NCBI GenBank assembly: GCA_048884965.1
Contig: JBHLQH010000011.1
Location: 1-64,000, forward strand
DNA length: 64,000 nt
Reading direction: 5' to 3'
Source: Candidatus Thorarchaeota archaeon
Lineage (GTDB): Archaea; Asgardarchaeota; Thorarchaeia; Thorarchaeales; Thorarchaeaceae
In this document: positions 1 to 9,286 of the stretch, in pieces
Numbering within the stretch: position 1 is the first letter of the stretch
Layout of the letters: the number at the start of each line of letters is the position of its first letter
Made by a program: the position numbers and the translations under genes
Notes under the pieces: model-generated
Databases searched by the model: none
Told to the model about the DNA's origin: nothing
What the model saw: the letters and a program-made list of their open reading frames with translations, nothing else

Positions 1-10
1 TTGTGGCTTC

Positions 11-25
11 GGTATATATACTAAA
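11..25 (+). promoter_or_regulatory. Putative archaeal TATA box upstream of the small-ORF/MFS operon
   Basis: GGTATATATACTAAA lies about 30-40 nt upstream of the ATG at 53. Confidence 0.45.
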
Positions 26-52
26 TCTGCTACCATATACTTGTGAAATATC

Positions 53-157
53 ATGGCTCTAGCAACTAACTACAGAACCCGACTCGTGAAGCAGAACAAG
101 CATGAGATCATCAAGACTCAGGCTATAACCTACGCATACAGAACTGTTGTGAGGTAA
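53..157 (+). CDS. Small peptide sORF1 (34 aa, MALATNYRTRLVKQNKHEIIKTQAITYAYRTVVR)
   Basis: Hand-translated. ATG follows the TATA box, the 3' end carries the SD-like GAGGT for the next ORF, and it resembles sORF2. Confidence 0.55.
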   Translation: MALATNYRTRLVKQNKHEIIKTQAITYAYRTVVR

Positions 158-162
158 TCAGC

Positions 163-243
163 ATGGCATTAGCGAAAGTATCCAAGTCCCCCAAGACCCA
201 GATCTCTACTAAGGCTATCACTCAGGCTTACTTCCGGAGGTAG
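163..243 (+). CDS. Small peptide sORF2 (26 aa, MALAKVSKSPKTQISTKAITQAYFRR)
   Basis: SD-like GAGGT at 151-155; shares MALA...T.AIT.AY with sORF1. Confidence 0.55.
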   Translation: MALAKVSKSPKTQISTKAITQAYFRR

Positions 244-248
244 AATCT

Positions 249-371
249 ATGGCGATGGTCATTGAATCGTGGAATAACGAACAAGCTGTTGAGTTGGTCA
301 CTAAGTGGTCACGACGGTGGTCACTTTCTCCCACCAGTGGCATATGCAGTGACCAGTCTATAACCACCTGA
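249..371 (+). CDS. Small peptide sORF3 (40 aa, MAMVIESWNNEQAVELVTKWSRRWSLSPTSGICSDQSITT)
   Basis: SD GGAGGT at 236-241; 5-nt gap after the sORF2 stop. Confidence 0.45.
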   Translation: MAMVIESWNNEQAVELVTKWSRRWSLSPTSGICSDQSITT

Positions 372-375
372 GGTA

Positions 376-498
376 ATGACCATGACAAAAGTTTCGCATG
401 CAAAAATGTCGCAACTCGAAGTTCTTCTATCATCTTCTTCCTATCCTGATGAGATACGATCTCTATTCTATGACTATCATTGGAGGCTTGAAGGATGA
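376..498 (+). CDS. Small peptide sORF4 (38-40 aa, MTMTKVSHAKMSQLEVLLSSSSYPDEIRSLFYDYHWRLEG)
   Basis: SD GAGGT at 370-374 (start 376 or 382); the stop overlaps the MFS start as ATGA. Confidence 0.5.
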   Translation: MTMTKVSHAKMSQLEVLLSSSSYPDEIRSLFYDYHWRLEG

Positions 499-1952
499 GC
501 AAGGTTGCAACATTCTTTGGGCTTACTGATGCAAACGAGAAGATTCTAAGACTATCATCAATACTCTCAATTCTTCTGCCAATTGTAGCTCTGACTACCA
601 CACTAAGTACGACTTTCTTTATGATATTCGTGGCCGAGTGGCTCGGAGGTGGGTCCTATATAGATGGACTTGCCCTCGTTGGGATTTTAGTCGTCATTCA
701 GATGGGTGTTCAGACACTATTAGACTATCCAACAGCTGCTTTGGGTGATGCAATCGGACAGAGATGGATCATTACGTCATCATTCCTCACCTTTGCAGTC
801 TGCTTCTACATGGTTGCACTGGTTGGTCCAGGCACTCCTATTCTTTATGTTGTTATCATCTATCTCCTAATGGGCTTTGGCAACTCTCAGTTAAGCGGCG
901 CCTTCATGGCATGGTTCGATAATAATTACAGAGTTGCCATGCCCTCCGATAGTGATAGAAAGCAGTATGGCGTCTTCATGGGAAAGGTCGGTATGCTCTA
1001 TCAAGTAGTGGCTACATTGGCTTTAATCCCAGGGAGTGTTCTAGCTGTTATCTTTGGAAGAGCTTGGGTATTCCAAATACAAGCATTCATGTGTTTGGGC
1101 ATTGCTTTGGTATGTTTCAAGATAATTGATGATTTTCCAGAGGTCAAGGAATCTCGCGTGAAACGTCCGTCCATGAAAGAATACACAGACGTGTTGGCGT
1201 CAGGTGTGAGATTTCTGTTCAGTGAGAAATATGTGACCTATATCATACTTGGAGGCTGTGTTGTTATGAGTGCTGGAATGGTCTGGGGAAATCTCATTCT
1301 ATTTCCAATGTATTTCAGCTATCTTCTTACTGATGTTGCAGTGTCCAGTTTCCGTACTATGCTCTTCGGTATAGGAGTTGTGAACCAAGAACGTAGCGGC
1401 ATCTGGTCGAGGAGATTTGAACCCAAGAAATGGATCCCCCGTTTCAGACTCCTTCAAGGTGTAGGAGCGATATTCTATCTTTCATTTGCAGCCATCATGT
1501 TCTTCCTTCCTCCTGCTCAAGCGGGAGCCGAACTAATCATGCTTACAATCCCGTACACTCAGATCGTCATCATGCAGCTTCCGACTTCGAGTATTCTACC
1601 CCTGCTGCTGATGACGATCACATTCACAATTACAGGCTTTGCTGGCGGATTTGCTGAGGTCTTGACTCAGCGTGAGTTGCTAGATGTTATCCCGAACAAG
1701 ATCCGCAATAGCATGTACTCTCTATCTCCAACTATTGCGACTCTGTTGGCAATGCCCCAAATCGCTCTCTTCGGGTGGCTCATTCCTAATGCAGGCTTCC
1801 CCATAACCATGACTCTCTGTGCAGCTATCTCCATCATCGGTGTGATAATGATTGCAAAGGGATTGAGTCATCCGAAACCTATTGCTAGCGATATTTCACC
1901 TCAAGGTCACCATGATGAAATGACAATTGAAGTGGTGGCAGTAGAAGAGTAG
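495..1952 (+). CDS. Major facilitator superfamily transporter
   Basis: About 12 hydrophobic segments; DYPTAALGDAIGQRW (MFS motif A-like); SQLSGAFMAW; DVIPNKIRNS loop. Confidence 0.85.
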   Translation: MSKVATFFGLTDANEKILRLSSILSILLPIVALTTTLSTTFFMIFVAEWLGGGSYIDGLALVGILVVIQMGVQTLLDYPTAALGDAIGQRWIITSSFLTFAVCFYMVALVGPGTPILYVVIIYLLMGFGNSQLSGAFMAWFDNNYRVAMPSDSDRKQYGVFMGKVGMLYQVVATLALIPGSVLAVIFGRAWVFQIQAFMCLGIALVCFKIIDDFPEVKESRVKRPSMKEYTDVLASGVRFLFSEKYVTYIILGGCVVMSAGMVWGNLILFPMYFSYLLTDVAVSSFRTMLFGIGVVNQERSGIWSRRFEPKKWIPRFRLLQGVGAIFYLSFAAIMFFLPPAQAGAELIMLTIPYTQIVIMQLPTSSILPLLLMTITFTITGFAGGFAEVLTQRELLDVIPNKIRNSMYSLSPTIATLLAMPQIALFGWLIPNAGFPITMTLCAAISIIGVIMIAKGLSHPKPIASDISPQGHHDEMTIEVVAVEE

Positions 1953-2047
1953 TTGCCTTCTCTGCCCACCCTTCCACTCTTTTTTTCCTTGACACCGTTG
2001 CAGCAAGATTAATACTCTCTTGTGTTACCAGTAGTCCAGTGATTATA

Positions 2048-2788
2048 ATGAGTGACCGTCCAGCCTTTCTAACAGTTTCATATTCGAGCGGAGGTCTTGA
2101 TACCCTCGGACATGAAAAGAAGATGGTTCATGAAAAGGATGTAAAATTCGATGGGGATGATGGTTCCATTGAACTAACGGATATCCGCATCGTCTGGTAC
2201 AAGAAACCCTCCAAGATGGGAGGATTGAAGAAAGTGGGTGCCTTAGCTGGAGCCTTAGCGGCTGCAGCTGCAATCGATGCAGTTGGTGACTCAGTTGGAG
2301 GTTTTGCAGGTCGTGCAATAAGCCGCACTGGTCATAGAATGGGCTACATGGCCGTTGGAGCAGCGATAACTAGCTGGACCATGGATTCCTATTACAACAA
2401 GGATAAGAATGGGAATACAGAGAGTCTTGCTCTTCCTCTTGTAGCAATCAGCCAAGCGGCACAGAGCGGAAATCGTCTAGTAATCGAGCTGAAATCTGGT
2501 GGGGATATGCAATTTGAATTCAAACAGAAGAAGGTGATTCCTTCTATTATTGCTAATATCACATCAGCCCAAAACAAAGGCAAATGTCCTTTCTGTGGCA
2601 CATCTGCTGGACATGCTAACAAATGTCCAAACTGTGGGGCCGCTTTGGAAGGTGGAGGAGGTCCGTCAGGAGGACAAGAGTCTGTTACGATATCCATGGG
2701 TGGAAGTGGCAATAGGTTCTGTACAAACTGCGGAAATCCTGCTCCCGACGATGGACGATTTTGTGGTAAGTGTGGCAATCCATTGTAG
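2048..2788 (+). CDS. PH/GRAM-like domain with Gly/Ala-rich insert plus two double zinc ribbons
   Basis: GSIELTDIRIVW...LALPLVAI...NRLVIEL...FEF pattern; CPFC/CPNC and CTNC/CGKC pairs. Confidence 0.6.
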   Translation: MSDRPAFLTVSYSSGGLDTLGHEKKMVHEKDVKFDGDDGSIELTDIRIVWYKKPSKMGGLKKVGALAGALAAAAAIDAVGDSVGGFAGRAISRTGHRMGYMAVGAAITSWTMDSYYNKDKNGNTESLALPLVAISQAAQSGNRLVIELKSGGDMQFEFKQKKVIPSIIANITSAQNKGKCPFCGTSAGHANKCPNCGAALEGGGGPSGGQESVTISMGGSGNRFCTNCGNPAPDDGRFCGKCGNPL

Positions 2789-2804
2789 ATGCCTAGTAAT
2801 TCAT

Positions 2805-2838
2805 GAGGCAGTGGTTCTCCTCTGCCTCTCTACTTCTT
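2805..2838 (+). terminator. Hairpin between convergent genes
   Basis: GAGGCAG...CTGCCTC stem followed by a pyrimidine run. Confidence 0.5.
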
Positions 2839-3590
2839 TATAGGAATAGGTTTTCCTCCTTTGATCGATGAATATCTTTAGCTGTTTCTTCTCCTTTTTC
2901 ATAGATGAATCCACGAACTATCACAACAGGAATACCTTCATCTGCCTGTCCCATGATTAGCTCGGCTGCAGACGCAATTTGATCGATTTGGCATACCAGT
3001 GATCTTTGAAGAATTCTTCCGTACAGGTCTGGTTTTCCTTGATTGTGCCTGTAGGCATTAATTCCCGAGCAGCCAATTGCAATATTGATTGCGCCTTTTC
3101 GCCATGGACGGCCCTCTGTGTCTGATATTACTACTGCAACATTCCTTTGTACTATCTGCTCAATCCCTTTTCGTATCGAATCTGCACTTCTATCAGCGTC
3201 AAGAGGGAGTAACAAATAGGATTCCGGAGGTGCATTGGAGTGGTCCACTCCACTGAAGTTACAGATATGCCCATTCCTCGTTTCAGTTATGAGAGCACGA
3301 TCATCACGCAGAACCCTTTGACTTTCATTCAGTGCAATTTCTACCTGTATCGGATCAAAATCATTCTTTTCTGCAATCTTTCTAGCCTTGGAAGAGACTG
3401 TAATATCTGACGCTTTTTGAATACGTCCTTCAGCCTTAGAGACAACGGTATGTGCAATTACGAAGATATCACCATCTCTAATATCAAGCTTTGACTGTCG
3501 GATTGACTCAAATATTAAACCAACTATGTCGCTCCCAGGATGTATCAATGGAATTCCTTGAACAGGAATGATTTCAATTACCTCTTCCAT
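2838..3590 (-). CDS. cofE: Coenzyme F420-0:L-glutamate ligase
   Basis: GIPLIHPG, VVSKAEGR, GVDHSN, VVISDTEGRPWRKG, DLYGR, GQADEGIPVVIVRG. Confidence 0.92.
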   Translation of the reverse strand: MEEVIEIIPVQGIPLIHPGSDIVGLIFESIRQSKLDIRDGDIFVIAHTVVSKAEGRIQKASDITVSSKARKIAEKNDFDPIQVEIALNESQRVLRDDRALITETRNGHICNFSGVDHSNAPPESYLLLPLDADRSADSIRKGIEQIVQRNVAVVISDTEGRPWRKGAINIAIGCSGINAYRHNQGKPDLYGRILQRSLVCQIDQIASAAELIMGQADEGIPVVIVRGFIYEKGEETAKDIHRSKEENLFL

Positions 3591-3854
3591 CACTAACACA
3601 GACCTACTTCATTCACCGTGTACGATGCTCCGAAAAAAGGTGGTGATTCTGATAAGATTGACTGAAAAAATCAAAATGGTTCCTAAGAGTCGTTTATCGC
3701 GCTAAAATACCATCTACGGGAAAATGTTATAGGAGAGAACGAAGACTTTCAAGAAGTCTTAGAAAGACGCATATACTATCGTAGAGTGCATATACTGCAT
3801 TCTAAGAGTTGTTCCACCAACAACACAAGAAGTAGACCTTATGGTGTGATAACA

Positions 3855-5834
3855 GTGAGTGGTAAAGATGCTAGTCCCTACACAGGCAGTGGCGGGGACA
3901 TTAAACAAGGGACAATTGCAAAATTCATGCGAAAGAGAACTCAGCTAGTTGGATTTGAAACTGGACTGAACAAACACACTCAATATGCTATTGAGTTCTT
4001 AGATAACGCAATTGACGCCATTGAGAGTTGGTGGTGGAAAACTGACAGTCGGCCTCGTTTGCAGGACAATCTTGATCCCGCCATAGTCGATGAAATCAGG
4101 GACAAACTCAAGGATGAACTCTTTGATTCCATTGCATTGAGCAAACAACTGGAGAAGGACGCGCGCGCAGGGAAAGAGGTGAATCTTCCACCACAGAAGA
4201 AAGAGACCCTTGATGATCGTCTAACTCAATTTAGGAAATTTGTTGTCCCATTTCGTTCTATGATAAACAAGCGAGAGCCCTTGGTCGTAATGAAGCTCAC
4301 AGAGGTCTTCATGCCTGACCTAGTACCACTTGACGATGAAGAAGGATTCAAGGTCTATGAATTCATTTGTTTTGATAATGGCGTAGGTATGGTTCCAAAG
4401 GATCTTGAGAAATTCGGGATTTACCTTGCATCAAGCAAATCTGAGAAGCTTCGACAAACTCGTGGAAGTCAAGGATTTGGTGCTCCTTCTGCATTCAGTG
4501 ATGCACAGAATACGACTGGTAAACCGATATTCACTGTTTCACAGAGGTTCACATCGAAAATAGCTACGGTTGCTGATTTCTATACAACGACTGCCAATAC
4601 GAAGGACTATGTCGGTGGTCCTCTCGAGATGGAACTTCCATTTACTCAGGGAACATTCATTCGACTCAATTATCTCAATATTCAATATCGACGTGGCTAT
4701 GCTGATACATATGCTGAGATGGCATCACTACTCAACTCACATGTGACTATTGTTTTCATTGATCCCTATGGCACAGTGCACATCTTTCCCCGGAAAGTGA
4801 AGGCATTTCCTGAAGAACCAAAATATGCACAACCTCATCCTGCTAGTATTAGAATTGGAGAGTTTCAGGATCTCCTCAGAGAGTCTGGGACCAGAGATCT
4901 CAGGAGTTTCCTAACAAAGGCATTCGTTAGACTTAGTGGGAACAAAGCGAAAACGATAATTCAATCCGCCAATAAAGACCTTAGAAAGCGACACTTGGAT
5001 ACATTAACGCCAAGCACACCTACAGATACCCTGGATAAAACAGAGATCGAGCTTCTGTATAAGGCGTTTTCAAATGAGGATTATATTGCTCCTCCCACAG
5101 ATACTGTCGTACCGGTAGGAGAGGAGATATTCGAGGAAACGATCAAGAAAGCATATAATCCCGATTTTGTTGCTGCTGTTACTCGAAAACCGACTTCTGG
5201 AAAGGGTCTTTCCTTTGCTGTAGAGGTATGCATTGCATATGGTGGGGAGATCAAGAATGCTACTTCTGCTCCGATGGTTCTTTGGAGATTCGTAAATCGC
5301 GTGCCAAAGCTTCGTGATAATAGTGATTGTGCGACATGGAAAGCCTGTACTTTGGTCAACTGGAAGAACTACAAGGTTCAGACCTTTGATAATGGCATTC
5401 CCCGAGGACCCGTGATGATTTTCATTCATGTCGCAGGAGCCTATGTGCATGTAATGTTCAAGGGCCAGAGCAAACAAGCTTTGGCAGAGGATGAGGTCCT
5501 CCTTAAAGAGATCAAGCTCGCATTGGAAGACGCAGGGCGAAAGTTCAGGAGATTCATAACCCGTAGAGAAACTGCTCGTCGAAAGGCAAAACGTGCTGGA
5601 ATTCTAGCGATGTACGCAGATCAATTCGCACAAAGCCTTACTGCGATTGTCAACGATGCTAGTGGGAAGGAGAGGTTTGATGCCGAGTTAATTGCCAGCA
5701 AGATTAGAGACTCGATATCTGGATTTGAAATGGCATCAGATCAAGAAGAAACGGAAACAGACTCTGAAGGAAGTGACCTGGTGGCAGATATACCTCTAGA
5801 TGGGGATGAAGGAATAGAGATGGAGGATGAATGA
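3855..5834 (+). CDS. top6B: DNA topoisomerase VI subunit B (probable GTG start at 3855)
   Basis: GHKL motifs EFLDNAIDA, DNGVG, QTRGSQGFG; PHP; RFVNRVP; FKGQSKQ; upstream of top6A. Confidence 0.92.
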   Translation: MSGKDASPYTGSGGDIKQGTIAKFMRKRTQLVGFETGLNKHTQYAIEFLDNAIDAIESWWWKTDSRPRLQDNLDPAIVDEIRDKLKDELFDSIALSKQLEKDARAGKEVNLPPQKKETLDDRLTQFRKFVVPFRSMINKREPLVVMKLTEVFMPDLVPLDDEEGFKVYEFICFDNGVGMVPKDLEKFGIYLASSKSEKLRQTRGSQGFGAPSAFSDAQNTTGKPIFTVSQRFTSKIATVADFYTTTANTKDYVGGPLEMELPFTQGTFIRLNYLNIQYRRGYADTYAEMASLLNSHVTIVFIDPYGTVHIFPRKVKAFPEEPKYAQPHPASIRIGEFQDLLRESGTRDLRSFLTKAFVRLSGNKAKTIIQSANKDLRKRHLDTLTPSTPTDTLDKTEIELLYKAFSNEDYIAPPTDTVVPVGEEIFEETIKKAYNPDFVAAVTRKPTSGKGLSFAVEVCIAYGGEIKNATSAPMVLWRFVNRVPKLRDNSDCATWKACTLVNWKNYKVQTFDNGIPRGPVMIFIHVAGAYVHVMFKGQSKQALAEDEVLLKEIKLALEDAGRKFRRFITRRETARRKAKRAGILAMYADQFAQSLTAIVNDASGKERFDAELIASKIRDSISGFEMASDQEETETDSEGSDLVADIPLDGDEGIEMEDE

Positions 5835-8203
5835 TAATGTCAAAGAAGAAGAAATCCACAAAGGAACCTGTTCAATCTACACTTGGTGATGTAATCGAAG
5901 AAAAACCAAAAGAGTCGAAGAAACCCTCCAGCAAGAAAGAAACCCCAAAGAAGGAAACCCCAAAGAAGGAAACCAAAAAGAAAGATACTGAATCAAAACC
6001 AAAAGAAAAGTCGAAATCAACAAAGACATCAAAGTCGAAGAAGAAGGAAACTCCGCCTGCTACAGATGGTGCATCAAAATCAAAGAAAGAAACCCCAAAG
6101 AAAGCACCCACTAAGAAAGAGATCTCCAAGAAAGCATCTACTAAGAAGGAGACCTCCACAAAGGCGCCTGCCAAGAAAGAAACCCCTGAAAAAGCACCAG
6201 TTCAGAAAGAAACTCCAAAGAAAACTTCTGAGAAGAAAGCACCAGCCAAAAAGAAACAAGCAAAGAAGACATCTGCCAAGAAAGAACCAAAGAAACCAAA
6301 ATTCGTACTTGAAGGTCCTCCACTCACCAACCTTCCTGGCGTTGGAGAAAAGATGGCAGAGAAACTTGTGGAATCTGGCTATAATTCAATAGAGAAAATA
6401 TCTAAATCAAGACCAGATGCAATGTCTAAGAGGGTAGAAGGGCTAAGCAAAAGTGGTGCGACACGCATCATAAGTGAAGCAAAGAGGGTTTTGACAAGCG
6501 ATACAAAAGAGGCAATCCCTGCTGAAAGGAGCGAAGAGGCAGTAGAAGAATATGTCATGCCTTCATTGACAGAACTTCCCGGCGTAGGTACGAAGCTCGC
6601 ACGAGCATTGGAGTCAGCAGGATATAATTCAATCTCACGATTATCGAGAGCGCAAGCTGATGGTCTTGCTCAAAGAGTAGATGGTCTCGGTGAGAAAGCT
6701 GCCGTGAAGCTAATTGAAGCCGCAAGGAAATATGTCAAGGATCGTGAGCGAAGCATTATCCTAGGCGAGGAACCTACTCCCACAATTGCCGTTTCCAGCA
6801 AGAAGGTCGTTCCCAAGGAAGCATCAAAGGAAGTGGAGGAGAAATCAGAACCAGAAGTTGAGGAGGAAGTAGACCTTCCAGAGCCCATTGAGTACAAGCC
6901 GCCGGAGAAGAAACCATCTAAGAAACCCACGAAAGCAGAGGAAGCTCCTGTGAGTAAACCAAAAAGAAAAACCGCTCCGAAGAAGAAGAAACCCGAAATT
7001 ATTAGAAAATCCTCGGGTCTAAAAGTGCCAAAAGCCGTTGAGAAATTTGCCAAGGAGATGAAAGCTACTTGGGCTGAGGTCGAGAGAATGGAAGCTGCTG
7101 GTGAGCTGCCAACCGATCTACCTGAAACCGTAGAGGTCATCAATCTTGAAGCATCAGAAACTACCTCCCGACTTATAGAAACTGCAACAGACGTACTGAA
7201 TGAAGCACTCGTTACAGGTCGTCCAGCGTTTGAGATTCCAAGTCGTTCAGGTGATAACATAGTATGGGATGAATTCAGAGACCTTCTTCTTCTAGGAATG
7301 AAAACCATTAGTCGTCCATATCATTCTCTTGCTTCGGTCGTAGATGCCACAAGAACTGCGAGGATTATGGAGATTATCTATCAACTATTGCGTTCCAATC
7401 TTCACGCAACCAAAAGAGAGGTGTTCTATAGTGATGTTAACCTCTTTAGAGATCAGAAGTACAGTGACAAGATCATTGAAGATGTATCTTCAATGCTGAA
7501 CACCACTCGTGACAGCGTTCATATTGTTGCTAGTGCCCGTGGTTCATGCATGGGCAGAGTGGTTATTCGGGATGGTGGCGATCTCATCGATCTTACAAAG
7601 ATGGGCACAGGAGGATGGGCGGTCACGCCTTTCCTTGATCAGCTGGAGATTGTCGAAAGTGATGCAGAGTTCATTCTATTGGCTGAGAAGGACGCCGCAA
7701 TAATGCGATTGGCGGAAGCGAAGTTTTGGAATCGTCAGCCTTGCATCGTAATAACAGGCAAAGGCTCAGGTGACATTGCAACCCGTGCATTTCTGAAGCA
7801 ACTGGTCAAAGAGCTAGAGATCCCTGCATTCGCTCTGGTAGATAGTGATCCCTATGGACACTACATTTACTCCGTATTCCTGAGAGGCAGCAAAAGACTT
7901 AGCTATGAGTCCCCATTCATTGCCACTCCCGAATTAAAACTCCTTGGAGTGTTGAGCCGCGACCTAGATGCGTTCAATATCCCAAAGAGTGTAAGGATTC
8001 CCATGGAGCCCGCAGACATTAAGAGAGTACGTGAGATGCTCAAGGAACCATTCGTTCAGAAGAACAAAGAATGGGTAGAAGACCTAAAACTCATGCTCTC
8101 CTTGAAGGAAAAGGCTGAGATACAGGCTTTTGCAAGTCACTCATTCGAATACCTAACTGATGTCTACCTCCCTCAGAAGCTTGAGACTGGCGACTGGATC
8201 TAA
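5831..8203 (+). CDS. top6A: DNA topoisomerase VI subunit A with Lys-rich repeat and 2 HhH N-terminal extension
   Basis: TKREVFY (catalytic Tyr), AEKDA, ITGKG, DSDPYG TOPRIM, KAEIQA; ATGA overlap with top6B. Confidence 0.92.
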   Translation: MIMSKKKKSTKEPVQSTLGDVIEEKPKESKKPSSKKETPKKETPKKETKKKDTESKPKEKSKSTKTSKSKKKETPPATDGASKSKKETPKKAPTKKEISKKASTKKETSTKAPAKKETPEKAPVQKETPKKTSEKKAPAKKKQAKKTSAKKEPKKPKFVLEGPPLTNLPGVGEKMAEKLVESGYNSIEKISKSRPDAMSKRVEGLSKSGATRIISEAKRVLTSDTKEAIPAERSEEAVEEYVMPSLTELPGVGTKLARALESAGYNSISRLSRAQADGLAQRVDGLGEKAAVKLIEAARKYVKDRERSIILGEEPTPTIAVSSKKVVPKEASKEVEEKSEPEVEEEVDLPEPIEYKPPEKKPSKKPTKAEEAPVSKPKRKTAPKKKKPEIIRKSSGLKVPKAVEKFAKEMKATWAEVERMEAAGELPTDLPETVEVINLEASETTSRLIETATDVLNEALVTGRPAFEIPSRSGDNIVWDEFRDLLLLGMKTISRPYHSLASVVDATRTARIMEIIYQLLRSNLHATKREVFYSDVNLFRDQKYSDKIIEDVSSMLNTTRDSVHIVASARGSCMGRVVIRDGGDLIDLTKMGTGGWAVTPFLDQLEIVESDAEFILLAEKDAAIMRLAEAKFWNRQPCIVITGKGSGDIATRAFLKQLVKELEIPAFALVDSDPYGHYIYSVFLRGSKRLSYESPFIATPELKLLGVLSRDLDAFNIPKSVRIPMEPADIKRVREMLKEPFVQKNKEWVEDLKLMLSLKEKAEIQAFASHSFEYLTDVYLPQKLETGDWI
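6083..6292 (+). repeat. Degenerate 30-nt tandem repeat encoding KKETPKKAPT-like decapeptides
   Basis: KKETPKKAPT/KKEISKKAST/KKETSTKAPA/KKETPEKAPV/QKETPKKTSE/KKAPAKKKQA/KKTSAKKEPK. Confidence 0.8.
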
Positions 8204-8215
8204 AAGGAACTCAGT

Positions 8216-8242
8216 AGACCGCACATCTGCGGTCTTCTTTTT
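8216..8242 (+). terminator. Hairpin plus T-tract after top6A
   Basis: AGACCGCA-CATC-TGCGGTCT then TCTTTTT. Confidence 0.7.
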
Positions 8243-8349
8243 GATTCCGAATAATGTACATAGTGCAACAGTCTTATACTGATTAAACTATAGTGAACTT
8301 AACTAGATGATTGTACTAGTTCCTTGATGGAATCTGGGGGATAAAGTTC

Positions 8350-9282
8350 TTGAAACTCTCAAAGGTCGGAATCGAAGTCATAGATGCACATGCTCATTTC
8401 ATGACATATAGCACTGTAAAAGGAATAATTGAGAGGTCTGCTCAACAATCAAACGAAGACCAGTTTGCGAAGATGCAGAAACGTGTTTCATCGCTTACAG
8501 ATATGAAAGAATTCAAGCTCCCTGATGAGAATTGGGATGCTGGACAGATGTGGGTTGATGAGCTTGATAGATATGGTATATCTGCGATTGGAATGATGAT
8601 TGGCAAGGAATCTTGGGATGAATTCATTGACACAAGACGCCGTTTTCCAGGCAGATTTCTAGGATATGCAAACATCAATCCCGCTGACGATGATGCCGTA
8701 GAATTGGTAAAACGTGCCGGTGCTGATGGCTTTCAAGGTATCAAGTTGTATCCTACTTCTTGGAACTTTCATGCTTCTGATGAAAGGGTCTATCCTATCT
8801 ATGAGGAGGCACTCAAGCAGAAGCTTCTGGTAATAGCTCATTTCGGAATTACTATCGGAACCCAAGCGAATCTACAATATGGTAATCCAATAGATTTACA
8901 AAAACCAGCACACGATTTTCCTGATTTGAAGTTCATGATCGCACACTTTGGTGCAGGCTTTTTCAGAGAGATGCTTATGTTGATGTATCAGACTGATAAC
9001 ATTAGTATGGATACCAGCGGAAGCAATGCTTGGATGAAGTATCTTCCGTATGATTTGACCATAACCAAGATATTCGAGAAGGCATTGAAAGCAGGTGGAC
9101 CCGGTCGGATCGTGTTTGGCACCGATTCCTCCTTCTTCCCAAGAGGATTTCGCTACAACATTCTTGAAGAGCAATATAATGCAGTAAGGGCAATCTGTCC
9201 TCAATTCTGCTATTCAGATGATGACATTGATATGATTTTCAGGAAGAATATCTTGGACTTGACTGGATTCAAACCTGCTTAG
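8350..9282 (+). CDS. Amidohydrolase family (amidohydrolase 2-like) metallo-hydrolase
   Basis: IDAHAH, GIKLYP, IAHFG twice, MDTS, VFGTD. Confidence 0.85.
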   Translation: MKLSKVGIEVIDAHAHFMTYSTVKGIIERSAQQSNEDQFAKMQKRVSSLTDMKEFKLPDENWDAGQMWVDELDRYGISAIGMMIGKESWDEFIDTRRRFPGRFLGYANINPADDDAVELVKRAGADGFQGIKLYPTSWNFHASDERVYPIYEEALKQKLLVIAHFGITIGTQANLQYGNPIDLQKPAHDFPDLKFMIAHFGAGFFREMLMLMYQTDNISMDTSGSNAWMKYLPYDLTITKIFEKALKAGGPGRIVFGTDSSFFPRGFRYNILEEQYNAVRAICPQFCYSDDDIDMIFRKNILDLTGFKPA

Positions 9283-9286
9283 GATC

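Noticed and set aside
3769-3796. Direct repeat GCATATACT x2 upstream of top6B
   Set aside because: Only two short copies overlapping probable promoter sequence, with no further support.
5930-6292. A-rich repeats as a possible CRISPR array or mobile repeat
   Set aside because: They are in-frame degenerate coding repeats within top6A, with no repeat-spacer structure.
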